Assembly (NCBI RefSeq): GCF_963921235.1
Contig: NC_086109.1
Span: forward strand, 36,148,001 to 36,212,000
DNA length: 64,000 nucleotides
Source: Mobula hypostoma
Taxonomy: Eukaryota
Reading direction: 5' to 3'
Shown here: in pieces, positions 48,358-61,974 of the stretch
Numbering within the stretch: the first letter of the stretch is position 1
How the letters are laid out: each line of letters starts with the position of its first letter
The notes under the pieces: model-generated
What the model was told of the DNA's origin: nothing
The model's input: the letters and a program-made list of their open reading frames with translations, nothing else
The model's database searches: none
Program-made: the position numbers and the translations under genes

Positions 48358-50357
48358 GAGAAAAGGCCTGTTGATTCACAGGAGAAAATGGGAGTGACAG
48401 TTCCTGACACCGTCGGGTTGAGAATCCCGCGATTTCACCAACAGAGAGCAACGTTTACCAGTGTAGGCTACAGCTCTGCAAACATCCTCTCCACAGGCTT
48501 CAGAGTGCAGTGTCTGTTTCATTCCCTTGCTGTCTTCAGGCAGGAAAGTGCGGCTCAGCAGACTGCATCAGGTTTGACTGTGCTACCTTTACAACCTTAT
48601 GGACATATGTAAAATTTGAAAAGAACTTGCTAAAATACTGGTTTATTGATGAGAAAAGTAATCGATTTATCATTATAGCCTAATTGTTGTTCCTGCTTCA
48701 CTAGTGGCATTGTTATGAATGTTCTAATGGTGTTTTTGATCTGAGAGTTTAAACGCATAATCAAAAGGAGTATTAGGAGATTTATTGAGTAAACAGTTAC
48801 CAAATGTTAGTACTTGGATTGTGCTGACAATTACATAGTTGCAAAATGTTATATGCATATTCAGCAATAACTTGGTGATAGATGCAGTGTTTTTTCTAAA
48901 ACATGTTCAATGCCACTTCAAGGAAAGTCGAACCTAGGGAATCTTCATGGGAAAGAAAGTTAACCCTCAAAATGGTGGAGCTTAAGCAACAAGAGGCTTC
49001 TCAGAGGGAGAGTAAATTCATTAAGCTATATGAAAGCTGGAAAGAACAAGTTAGAGCTACATGTGCTAAACTTAAGGATGAGTGCTCTGACCAAGACTAA
49101 GGTGACATGACAGATGCTGTTGAAGGGCTGGAACAAGTGAGAGATGTGTATGAAAATATACGATCTCAATCGGCACCTTCTACTGAGACTAGAAGAAAGA
49201 TTATTCCTGCACAGTAGTAACAACAGATTTGATGGGGCTAACTACGTATGAGTGAAGTGGAGTAAGAGAAATTTGAAGTTAAGGCAGAAAACGCAAGACT
49301 TCGTATGGTGCTTGACAGAGAGTATGCCCAGTCGATATTTGGGACTACAATCTCCAAACCCACTGTTCATAACTACCACTCAAGCTTTTTATCAGAACAG
49401 CAAAGCATTACAGTGAAAAGAGCAGAGTGTGCTGCACAGTTTGCTGCAAAGCAGACCAAAATGGAGATGGAGGAGGTTATCACTGTTCAAAGGCAAGAAC
49501 TTAAAAGACTGGAACATCAGAGAGATTTTCAAGTAATAGCTGGAAAGCTTAAGGCTTACGCTGAAGCTGAATCAGGTGAGGCCATGGAGGAAAGTGGAAC
49601 GGCAAGCAGTGAGCCGGCTAATTGTCCTCCAATACCTTATAAAAAATTAAGGGGGAACAAACATGTAAGAACTATAACAATGAACAAACAAACAATACTA
49701 AAAATGAAGCATCGTTAGTGCAAGCCCTACATGACACAACGGTTCTCACCAGACTCCAAAAAACCCGAGCCCTCAGTCTTCTCAGGGGACCCACTTAGGT
49801 TCTTAGAGTGGAGCACAAGTTTTAAGGCATTGATAGAACTGTGATGCACAAGTACAGCTGACAGGTTGTTCTACCTACAGAAATACATCAGTGGTGAGGC
49901 AGGATCTGTAATGGAAGGAAACTTCTACAGAAAGGATGATGAAGCTGACAACCAGGCATGGGAGGCTTTGAATGCTTGGTATGGCCACCCCTTTGTAATC
50001 CAGAGCGCATTTAGAGAAAAACTGAATAACTGGCCAAAGATTGGCTCAAGGGAGTCAGTTAAACTGAGACAATTCAGTGATTTTCTGACGGCCTGCAGCC
50101 ATGCCATGCCATATATCAAAGAGCTTCAGATGTTAAACGATTGAGAAGAGAATCAAAAGATACTCCAAAATCTCCCTGATTGGGTGACCTCTCGCTGGAA
50201 TCGTCATGTCACAAAGCAGTTGCGACAAACGGAGGAATTTCCTGATTTCAAGGAGCTTGCTGATTTTGTGGCACAAGAAGCAGAAATCGCATGCAATCCT
50301 ATAACATCCTTTCATGCCTTGAAGCCTACTGAAGAAAAGTCATCTAGAGGCATGAAG

Positions 50358-51020
50358 CAGTTGTGTGCATACATCTATTGATGCTTCTGGACACATCTTC
50401 AGTGATGTTCCTGGAATCATCAGGTGTTTCGGGTCTTTCAACATCTTACAACCTCCTCCAGGTGACCCAGCCGGGGCTGATCGGACCCCAGCTTGTGTAC
50501 AGATGGCTAGCTACTTATGACTCCATGGCTCCCCTCTTTTGAGCCACAGCCATCTTGAGGCCCTCTCTGCCGCATCGATGGTACTGCGGATGGCTCTCCT
50601 CTTCCTTTCTCCCTCGATGCCCAAAATGCTGAAGGCTCTAACTAAAGAACAGGCTACGAATCCCCTACAACCAACCTCCACTGGGAGACACCTCGCTCTC
50701 CATCCACCCTGCTAACAGTTGCTGTCCAGTCCTGCGTACTCGGAGAGCTTCCTTTCAAAGGCCTCCTCCAAGCTATCTTCCCATGGGACTGTCAACTCCA
50801 GCAGCACCACTTGCTTAGTGGACTCAGACACTAGGACAATGTCTGGTCGCAGGGTGATGGCTGCGATATAGTTGGGGAACTTCAGCTGCCCTTCAAGATC
50901 CACCAACAGCTACCAGTCCCTTGCAGAGGTCAGAATGCCTGCAGATGTCCTTTTGGCAGGTATTGGCTGCTCCCCAGCTCTGACAAAGGCAATGGTCTGC
51001 TTGGAGGGTCGGGACTGCTT
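50358..51020 (-). mobile_element. Hero-type REL retrotransposon 3' fragment inserted in BEL gag
   Basis: ORF 50712..50906 reads LRPDIVLVSESTKQVVLLELTVPWE...AFERKLSEY. BEL gag resumes at ~51021 (RTKANAFITNV). Confidence 0.85.
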
Positions 51021-54000
51021 CGCACAAAGGCTAACGCGTTCATTACAAATGTGAAAGTATCGGATAAATCATACAGTGATTTATATAGTATCATACAGTA
51101 TCGGATAAAACATACAGTGCCATGGAGGATAGCTTAAAGGATTCAAACGGATCCAAGAAGATAAACACTTCATTTTCATCTTCAAACCCAGTCACATGCA
51201 TGTGCTGTGGGGAAAGCCACTCCATCCATAGGTGCCAGAAGCTCACCAATAAGCCTGTGGAGGACAAGAGAAGGTTCATATTGGACAATAACCTGTGCTT
51301 TGGCTGTCTTAGGAGAGGACACAATACGAAGGATTGTAAGAGCAAAGCTACTTGTGGCATATGTAAGAAGCATCATCCAACACTTCTTCATGAAGACTGT
51401 CCTTCTGCTGCAGCAGACACATCTTCTCATGTTATGCAAGCGGAAGAAAATACACCTCCCCTTTCTTGCTGTGTAAACAGAGGTGATGGTGGAAGCACAT
51501 CCATGATAGTGTCTGTATGGATTTCTTCAATCACCACCCCTAAAACAGAGACTTTAGAGTATGCCCTACTGGATACACAGAGTAGCAACGCTTTTGTAGA
51601 CCAAGAGGTATGTGAGAAGATGGGGACAGGATTAGAGCCAGGTAAGTTAAAGCTTACCACTATGATAGGAAAAGATTCCATTGTTCAGAGTGGAAGAGTT
51701 AGAGGGTTTTCCTCGCAAAGTTTCATCAACTTGCCACCTGCCTATAGGGGGGAGGAGAAGATGGCAACGCGACGCAGCGCACGCGGTCTCTCCAGTGAAT
51801 GAAATCTGTATTTGTCAAGTAGGATGCCTTTCACAATCCTGATTTAATGGAGGAAGATGTGAGAAGCATGGAGGAACATCTGGAGAAACTTCTGAAATGC
51901 CTGTTTCGTTGCCGCTGTTACTGTGCAATCGAGAATCTCCTGTGGGGAAAGGCCCCGAATCCTTGGCTTTGCCTGTTGCTTGGTGGCCGGGGCCGGGGTC
52001 GAAGCGACGTTAAATTTATGGAAGTTGTCTTCAAGGATGGTGATGTGGAGAGAGCTGAAGATCAAACCAAAGCAGGAAATGTAGGAAATATTCCTCACCA
52101 AGGAGTCTATCACCCTAGAAAGCCAGGAAAAATTAGGGTTGTGTTCAACTGCTCTGTTAAGTATGACGGCATGGCTCTGAATGATCACTTACCAGCTGGA
52201 CCTGATCTCACAAGTGGGCTGACAGGAGTGCTCTGCAGATTCCGCAAACACCCAATCGCAGTCATCTGTGATGTAGAAAAAATGTTCCACAGGTTCCATG
52301 TAAGCCAAGAGGACAGAGGTTACTTATGGTTCCTCTGGTGGGAAAATGGTGATACAAATCTAGAGTCAAAAGAATATTGCATGAAGGTCCATCTTTTTGG
52401 AGCAGCATCCTCCCCTGGCTGTGCAAACTATGGAATGAAGTATCCTGCAAGTCAAAATGAAGAGGAGTATCCAGCAGCAGCCAACTTCATCAGAAAAAAT
52501 TTCTATGTTGATGATGGCCACATCAGTGTAGAATCTGTGGACACAGCCATCAAACTGGTTAGAGAAGCCCAAAATGTGTGTGTGAAAGGGAGATTATATC
52601 TCCACAAGTTCATCTCCGACAACAGAGAAGTCTTGGAGTTAATTCCGGGTGGTGAACGAGCTAGTGGAGTTCAGGATGTGGATCTCAGTTATGATGATCT
52701 TCCAGTCCAGACTGTGTTGGGAGTAAAGTGGAGTGTGATCAGTGACACCTTCTCTTCTAAGGTCGCCCTACATGAGAAACCAGTAACATGGCAGGGAATC
52801 CTGTTGACTGTAGCCTCTGTGTTTGAATGACTAGGCTTCCTAGCTCCCTTCCTCCTACTAGGAAAGTACGTACTACAGGAAATGTGCCAAAAGGGCATTG
52901 GATGGGACGAACAGCTGCCTGGAGAATTAAATCCATGATGGGAGAGCTGGCTAAACGATCTAAAGAATCTGCAAAATCTCCAGATTCCAAAATGTTTTGC
53001 TGCTGAAAACCTAGGGAAGGTCCAGAGAATTGAACTGAATCACTTTTCGGATATGCGTAGCTATGGATACAGTTAGTGCTAATATATCCGAGTACTGAGT
53101 TGAAGACAAAGTGCATTGCTCCTTAGTCATAGGTAAGGCAAGGGTTGCACCCACAAGATTTGTAACCATACCAAGTCTGGAGTTAACGATTGCAGTGGTT
53201 TCCTCAGCGGTCAGCAGTATGCTAAAGGAGGAGCTGGAGCTCAAAATTGACCAAGAGTATTTTGGACAGATTCCCAGGTAGTTTTGGGCTACATTAATAA
53301 TGAAGCCTGAAGGTTTCATGTTTTCATTGCAAATTGAGTCCAAAGAATCAGAGAAGCAACTGATCCAGCGCAATGGTACTATATCGACACTGATCAAAAT
53401 CCGGCGGATCACGCTTCCAGAGGCCTCAAGGTAGCAGAGCTGATTGATACAAATTGGCTTACTGGACCCAAGTTTCTGTGGGAAAGAGAGATTGTCACAT
53501 CAAAGTTAACTGCAGAGCTTCTGGTGGGTGATCCTGAAGTCAAAACGACACAAGTGCTGCAAACGAAGGTGGTAAAAGAGGACAATTTCTTGGAGAGACT
53601 TAAACGGTTCTCAAAATGGCATACGATATTGAATGTGTTTGCCTGGATCCAGCAACTATTAAAGAGAGCCAAAACTGCAAAACCCATAAATGTCGAAGAC
53701 AGAAGAAAGGCCAGTCTTGTGCTTGTAAAATTGGCACAAAGGGATGCTTTTAAAGAGGAAATGCGAATACTGAGTCATGGCAAACTGCCACACAGCAATC
53801 CATTATTCTAACTTGACCCAGTATTGCAAGATGGTGTTCTCAGGGTGGGAGGGTGATTAAAGAAGGCTTCCTTACCTCTCGACTTGAAGCATCCAGTAAT
53901 CCTATCAAGAGATGGTGCCATCCATTCTTGAACGTTCTATTCATACATTAGTTGTACTTGTAGAAAACAACTAAAGTGTGTTCCAATGGAACTAATTTCT

Positions 54001-54145
54001 AAACATCTGCCTGTGTGGAGAGTTTAAAGTATCAGTCTTGATCTCAGAGTTTGTTACAAATACCAGTTACTTGGTTCGGGAAATTACTAGATTTATTCAA
54101 ACATTTGTATAAAGGTTATCATAAATCATAGTAATTTGGTAGGAG

Positions 54146-54730
54146 TGTAACTGTCTCAGAGACGTTTCATTGAGATGTTTATTTTATATGTTTTTGTCAT
54201 AAATTCATAATTTTTAATCTGGAAATAATGTTTGATTAAAAATGTTGTGCTTTTTATGTAAAGTTTTATTTAATGTAGAGTGTAATGGGTCACATCAACA
54301 GAGTTTAATAAGAGCATGACTGTGGCATTATGGGCCAGAACCAACATAGAAGCAGGGAAAGATATATGGCCCTAAAATAACCTTATTCTGCATGTGGTCC
54401 AAGAGGAACACATGGTAATTGTTTTTATTTGTTTTATATTGCATATAATGTTGTTGATGTGCCTTTACATGGACAGTGTGATATGTTTTTAGTGATTTCA
54501 TTTGATTTCAGCACACTTCCGCTGTGTTGACGTCTTTTGGGCCTGTTTATCGGCGGACACTAGCTTGAGAGACTTTAAAAGACTAAGAGATGTATGTTTC
54601 AAACCTTTTATGTCTTTTATTTTCTTGTAGTTTTCAAGGTGTCTGCTGAAGAAAGAGAGAGATAAAAATAAATCTTCAAGGACATCAGTATGATGCATGG
54701 CCATTATTTCATTGGACTAGTGTAGTTACA
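54146..54730 (+). repeat. 3' LTR of the BEL element
   Basis: It has TG...CA ends and is homologous to the 5' LTR. Confidence 0.92.
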
Positions 54731-55715
54731 AAGTGCATGACCGTACACTGTGTTCATTTTCTACTTCTTTGCCCAAGATCCTAATCTGTTGAAGTCCTTC
54801 AAAACGACCTACCACTCCACTTATCTTTGTGTCATCTGCAAACATGGGCAGAAAGTAATCAATTCATTCATCCCAGTTCATTAACATACTATGAGAAAGG
54901 TAGTGGACCCACACTGATCCCTGTGGAACAGCACAAGTCACTGGTAGCCAACCTGAAAACACTCCCATTATTCCCACTCTTTGTTTCCTGCCAGTCAGCC
55001 AATGCTCTCTCTATGCCAGTATCTTTCCTGTAATATATGGGCTTTTATGTTATTTTCCATCCTTTTGTGTGGCACTTTGTCAAGGGCCTTCTGAACATCC
55101 AAGTGCACAATGTCCACTGATTGTCATTTGTCTATCCTGCTTGTTAGTTCTTCAAAGAATTCCTACAAACTTGTCAGGCCAGACTTCCACTTAAAACAAA
55201 ATCATGCTGACTTCGGTCTATTTTATAATGTGACTTCAAGTAACTAAATCCTAAATAATGGACTGCAGCATCTTGCCAACCATTGTAGTCAGGTTAACTG
55301 ACCAATAATTTTCCTTCTTTTGCCTCCCTCCCTTCTCAGAGTGGAGTGGAGTGACACTTGCAATTTTCCAGTCCCCCAGAACGATTCCAGAATCTAGTAA
55401 TTCTTGAAAGATCACTACCAATGCCTCCACAATCTCTTCAGCTTTCTCTTTCAGAACCCTGAGGTGCAGTGTATCTAGTCCAGACAGCTAACTACAAGAA
55501 CCTGTTCCTCTGTATCAACTTGTAACTTCATCAGTATGTCTCTCTATTTTTTTTCTTATGTTTATTCAGAGTATTTTTGCTCACCACCCTACTCCCAAAT
55601 CCCTTTGCACCTCTAATTTTTGAATTTTGTCTCCGTTTAGAAAATAGTCTACACCTATTCCTCCTACCAAAGTTCATGACCATGCACTTCCCTACACTAT
55701 ATTCTATCTGCCCCC
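54731..55715 (-). mobile_element. CR1 RT fragments (right flank of BEL)
   Basis: The reverse complement shows gtttgcagatgacac (FADD) and aaggcccttgac, collinear with the other CR1 copies. Confidence 0.75.
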
Positions 55716-56990
55716 TTCCTTCTCAATCCTGAAGAAAATTCTTAGCCCAAAACATCGAATATTCATTTCCATAGATGCTGACCTCCTCCAGCATTTTGTG
55801 TGTGTTGCTTAAAATAAGTAGACTTGTTGGTCAGCATAAAAGGTTCTGATTCTATGCTGTACAAATCTATTACCCTATGACTTTATGTCTGTAAGTATAA
55901 GCAGTGTGCAATCTGCACTCCAAAACTGCTATGTGACCTCAGTGAATGAGAATACCAGCTAAATTTGGTATTTAGATAGCATTGACTGTTAAAAACCTAT
56001 CTTTTTCAAGACAGTACAGTTTAAAGAATTGTATCATGCGACCTGCATCCCTTCTGCATTGCAATGTTTCTTTGTGTGGAATGTTTCAGAGTGGGTGTCT
56101 GACTGTGTGGAAGAAGCTGTACCCTGACAGTGTAAGCTTTTACTTAATAATATAAAATAATTATGATCTTGAACTAGGAATTCCTCTCCAATATCTTAGA
56201 GATAATGGAATAGCTTTCACTTTTTAACCATCAAGAATAATTAAAATTGGATTATTTTCTTAAAAGCCATGTTCATGGGCTGTTTTTTTTAATTAGTCTC
56301 TAATGAGGTTTCCACACTCTTGTGGGTTTCTTTCTAACAAAAGCAACACTGAACTAGATAATGAAATAATTACTGCATTGTGTCTACCTGACCACATCGT
56401 CTCTGAAAACACATCAACAAGGCTTTATTAATCATTTCTTTTCTTTCAGTTTTGTTATAGATTCCGTTTGTCCCAAGGAAATGGTGTGTGATGCAGAAAA
56501 AGGGCAACTTCAGCTATTTTCTGCCCTTCCACCGGTTTTAACACCTATCTCTGCTATTGCTTCCATTAATCAATGATGATAAACACCGTCAAAAGAGTGC
56601 TGTTTATCCTGGCAAAGAGATACACAGGCTTGTATTTCTCATTGTTTCTTTAATGGTACTGCAGATAAAGTGAGTACCAGAGAAAAATGCTATGTAAAAA
56701 CTGAAAGAAAAGGCAAATTGATTAATTCTCCTGTTACGATGTAGACTGTTACTAATCCCCAGGTTTTTAGCTGCAACATGACTCTTATTCAAACATACTT
56801 GGTGGTCTTTAATAAACTCAATGTTTTGCAAAAATGCCCAAAATAATATACAAAGTTTGATTCAGACTGGGCAACTAAAATAGGTAATAATTTTAAGAAC
56901 CTTGATTACATATTCTGTTTAAATACCAATACAAATATCTCATCATTATATATGTACCATACTTAATAAAAACTCGTCTGCACTTATAGT

Positions 56991-57130
56991 AACACACACA
57001 AATCGCTGGAGGAACTCCAAAGGTCAGGCAGCATCTCTGGAGAGGAATAAAGAGCTGACATTTCAGTTCAAGAATCCTCCATAGATGCTGCCTGATCTGC
57101 TGAATTCCTCCAGTATTTTGTGCATGTTCT
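56991..57130. repeat. Palindromic MITE-like element built from Penelope terminal sequence
   Basis: The arms ctggaggaactc...caggcagcatct and agatgctgcctga...gaattcctccag are inverted relative to each other, and both match 43132-43190. Confidence 0.7.
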
Positions 57131-57619
57131 AGCATCTGGAGAACTTCTTGTGTTTACAGTCTGCACTTGTATCAGGGAATTGATTATATTCTCTCTTCTG
57201 AATAAAGTATTGATTAGGTGGAGCTGAAAACCCATAACTGGAAGGAACTTGAAATTGCTGACTCTCTCTACTTCTGTTCCCTCTAACCCTTTTGAAGTCC
57301 ACCATCAGTTCTTTGATCTTACTGACCTTCAGTATAAGATTTTTGCTTGACACCACTCAACTAGCTGGTGTATCTCTCTCCTGTACAGCCTGTCATCACC
57401 ATCTGAGCCTGTTGTGACTGTGCAACTGCATATCAATTAAATAAAAGCATGCATGTGGGAGATGGCTTTAACTGGTGTATTCACATTGCAGTGAGAGAGA
57501 GAAAGCAATACATAGGGTATAAATAACAGATCACTATTTGCATGCATAGACAACAGATCAATAAGAATGCATAGACAGCAGTCCATCCATGGACCCCAGG
57601 TTGGGAACCCTTGACCTAG

Positions 57620-58750
57620 ACCAGACTCACTGATGATTAGTTGCCTCGAACAGCTCCCAAGAACAGTTTCCAAACACATAGGTCTCAATATCCTTGGCAA
57701 TATCTCTCAGCTGCTGTACCCCGAAGGAGGCTGTATATGTTGTATTCTAGGTTTGTCTTCCTGCCGCCTGGGCCCCCCATTTCTGATGGTAATGGGGGGG
57801 GGGTGTGCAGTGGAAGCATCAGTACCACCAGCTTTTTTTGGTTGTATGCTGGTGGGGATCCTTGGGAAGTAGCTCTTCATGATTATTGCAACCGCATCTG
57901 GTCACTTCCCCTGCTAAATCTCTCCTGCATATTCACCTTCCTCCCTTCTTTCAGATCCAAAAGCGCATATTATTCCTTTCTGTACAGCAAGTTGATTTTG
58001 CAACTTTTGCATCTGCTTTAAACGCTTTGTATGATCTCCAGTGTTGCTTTTCTGTTCATATACCGATTTCTATATCACATTCATAGCTGTTTTTAAAGCA
58101 CTGCACTGTTCCTTCAACCACTCCATTTCATTCTTAGTTAGTTGGGCATCTTCTTGTTTACTCTTTTCTTTAACCAGTTTCTTACATGTTAATTGAAACT
58201 GGTTCATATTCATCACATTCATATTTTTCTGTTCTTCTAAGTAAGTAACCTTTTCCTTAAGGCGCACTACCTCCTCACAAGGCCTTTAGAATTCCTCTTC
58301 TAATCTGTCCAACTCTACTTTTTCTTTCTTTCAAATCCTCAGTTAACCAGCCAACTGCTATTGGCTTTGTAATCATTAAAATTTCCTGTCTGATGATTTC
58401 CCTTGGGCTTCCCCAGTGGTTTTCCCTTTGCTGCTAATGTGTCTGCCAGACTATTCAAATTGTGGCAACTTCTCCATGACATGTTTCGGGAGGAATCCCC
58501 TCCAATCAAAATAGTTCAAGTCCTCTGCACTTGTTGAATTCTGTGATTTCTTCATCCTGGCTCAGAAATAACTAACTACCCAGCCCCTAGATCTTTCTGT
58601 ACCTCAATCATGTAGTCTATCTCGAGGAATCCACTGACTCAGCAGAGAGATTTATTCCTGAGCCCACATAATAGAAATGCCAATTCTGTTACAATTATCT
58701 TCCCTCAATGATAATTATGTTAGGCAAAGAAAGGATCTGTATTTACCAAC
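57620..58750 (-). mobile_element. Possible degraded gag of an ERV or Gypsy-like element
   Basis: A coiled-coil ORF (58070..58267) is followed by a PPAY/proline-rich stretch and a PFGVQQLRDIAKDI segment. It carries multiple stops and frameshifts. Confidence 0.35.
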
Positions 58751-61700
58751 AAGTACCTTTAATATCTCAATCAACAAGCATCTGAATTCACAGACTAACT
58801 ATGTGCATACATATTAGATTTTACTGACCCTCCATGAACAGTTAAAAAATAGAAAAGGCAATACTGGGGAAAAAGAGTCTATGCTAGTCAGGCATTCACC
58901 TGAACCCGATATAGTCTCCTCATGTCTGACGTAGGGTCTTCCATATCTGCAGTGGTTGGTCTCCAGAGTTATTGCTGCTTTGTAATTGAAGTCCTTCATT
59001 CTTATATTCTTTCCTTATCAATTTAGATGTTATGTTTTGATCCCATTGATTCTGGCCAATGTCAGTTTCCCATTGTCTCTGGTTCAAGCCAGCATTGTTT
59101 GATGGTGCTTCTCACAAATAACAACTTGTACTTAATGTCTTTTTGTTCTGAATCAGAGCTGACCAGCAAGTTAATAGGCTCTGATTATTCAGGTCAAACA
59201 TAGTCTCCCCTATTCATAAACCTGCATGTTCTATTTTACCAAAGAACACCTCACAAACATCTTATTTAGAAATAATCTCAAATTCAGCGGATTATCAGGA
59301 GCATCATTGTGTCCACTTTAAAACACCTGGCTCAGCTAACCCTGAGCAAAACAAGCTGACAAAACAGCTCATAAAATGACGATTACACAGAGGCTTCACA
59401 AAATGGGTAGCCTCCATTCCTTCAACCAAGTGGCCAGAACAAAGTCAATTAGTTTTTCTACTTCCACCAACCTTGCCTTATTCCTGTTCAGGGATTTGTA
59501 GATTGTAGTTTTTTCTGGCCAACAAGATACACTGTGCTTCGCTCATGTGCTAGTATTAACCTGGAATAATAATTGAGATTCTTTGTAAAACAGTGTATTT
59601 TAAGTAAGCTTATCTTCTTAAGTGTTGTGTCTAGCAGTAGTTGGGGTAATGATAGCTGCTGCATATTAGTTTTTTTCTTAGACATTCCCCACCGCTTTTG
59701 AGGTAGCATTCTTTTAGTTGTGGAGCAGACTATTACAAAATCGTCATAAAAGTCAAGGTCAATTTTGAGTTTATTGTCATATGCACAAGTGCATGTCAGC
59801 ACAGATGCAATGCAAAACTAATCACAACATTTCAGGCATATAGTCTCACATGCATGATGTTTACAAGAAGAAACAAATTAAACCTATGTTTCACAGAACT
59901 TTTACAAGAAAGAAGAGAACAAAAAACAAGATCAAAGTCATTAATTTCAACTTTCATTCCAGATAATAACAAAACATTCTTGATGTTATGTAATTATTTT
60001 TCAATTATCAATATAATTGGAATAAATTTCTTATGTTATCTTCATCCTTCATCACCTGATTGATAACCATTTCATTCAGAAAAGAAGTACAAACTGCGTG
60101 GAAATGATTTGCTCTTTAACAATGGATGTTGTTATCAGTTCGTCAGAACAATAGTTTAGTTTTTAGATTCTAAAGATGTTGCATAATGTTATAGTTTAAA
60201 TTTGGTCAAGGATCCATTTTGATTTTTGATTTAGGAGGAAAAATTATGATTATTTTTTATCCAAGCAAGCAGCTGAACTTAACAGGATAGGAATTAGTTT
60301 TCTCTGAAAATTTCAGGGTTACGCTGAATCAAAGGTTTGGGAATTCGTGCAGATTAAGGGTGATAAGGTTAATCTGTGTCAAGGTTGGGCAATCGTGATT
60401 AGTTACACAGAAATAAGTAAGGAACTGACCAGATAGGGGCCCTGATCTACTGTGGCAGTGAGAAGATCTAGTTACCTCAGGAAACAACGATGATGTCAAT
60501 GATTTTTTGCTCATTAAGAGGGTAGCAGTGGTGGATAACTCAATTTGACATATTTTATTCAGAAATAGGACATATTCACATTGTTCAAAATATTGGTGAT
60601 TTTCTTATTTGGAAGAGACTTTGGAGCTACAGTTGCATGCTAGTCTCCTGACCTCCTTTGCACATATTAACTCCCTTCTGGAATATAGTTAATGTATTAG
60701 AACTTCTAATATCTCTTTAACTGATTCTAGTAGCCTTTGCATCTTCCCTGATGGCCATGGAGCATGCTGCAGAAGCCATCTGCTTTGAGTGATGCGCCCT
60801 TATGTCTTCAATGACGTTCTCAGATAGAAATGCAGAAAATCGTAAGATGCTCCATGCAGAGAAAATTTGCAGGTCCTGTTGTAGTATTAGCTTCTGATCT
60901 TAAAACATTAATACAGGATCAAACATATTTGATTTTGTTCAATTTCAAAATATCTCCAAGGAGATTCAACTGAGTTTAGCATAAAGGTACTACATATTAG
61001 TCCCTAAATTCGATAAAGATTTCTTTCCTGAGAACCGTCCATAAGCTGATTTCTCCATAAATCAAAAATGTCTGTTTTCTACAGTGCCTATACCATACCT
61101 TTCCACATACACTTGCTGCAATTTTTTCATTTAATTGAGTAATCACCCTAACATCACCTATAACTTAAAATAATGTAGTACATTCTGTATCCAGACATTA
61201 ACGAATACCATGAAACATTTTATTCTTATTACTACCTTGAAAACTTCTTTAAAAATGTATGGGAGAATTGACATAAAGTTGGATTTCTGCAAGTCAGGCC
61301 ATTTGTAACACGGCAAGCCCCTGTATGTGTTAACACAGTGTGTGTGTGTGTGTAATGATAAAATGCATTAATCAATGAGGAATGTAAACCTACTTGAAAT
61401 TAACAAAAAAGATATTGAAGTGAGTGAACATCAAGAAAGAGTAAATTATATGTCATAGCTTGCCAATTATTCCAAGGACCAATAGAAGATTTAATTGTAC
61501 AAAATTAAACTAATGTTTTTGTACTAGTTCATATCAAGAAATGTATAAAACAGAAGCAGCCAAGTGTAGGGACACATAAAATGTTTATTCAAATATCTTA
61601 ATTTTAGATTGATTCAGGTTAAAATTAATTGCATGGTGATTAAGACAATCATTAGTGCACAATGAGCTGGGTAATAGGATGCAGATAACTGTAAATAAGA

Positions 61701-61974
61701 TAACTAACTATATTGAACAGAATACATATTAGATATTCAACATAATTTTTTTCTAGGTTACCTGAATTCATTGGCTTTTTCCAGCTAGCTAAATTCAGTA
61801 GCATTAAGCTGTGATATGGTTTTGTTCTGTTATCTTTAAGATAAAAATCACTTCAGCAGCTTCTGGAGCAGCTGGAATGATCACCAGATAAATTAGAATC
61901 ATACTTTTCCCTTATGTAATCAATGTTTTAAATAGAGCAGTTATAGTAATTATAATATAGTAAATAGCATGTAT

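Larger units (their letters stand above)
46374..54730 (+). mobile_element. BEL/Pao LTR retrotransposon, degraded, with integrase largely deleted
   Basis: The LTRs run TGTAAC...GTTACA at 46374-47535 and 54146-54730, with a 5-bp TSD AAGTA/AAGTG. Gag has three Cys/His knuckles, the protease reads ALLDTQSS, and the RT has PGKIRVVFNCS, DVEKMFHR and FYVDD. A Pao RNase H region follows (NPADHASRG). A purine-rich ggtaggag precedes the 3' LTR. Confidence 0.93.
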
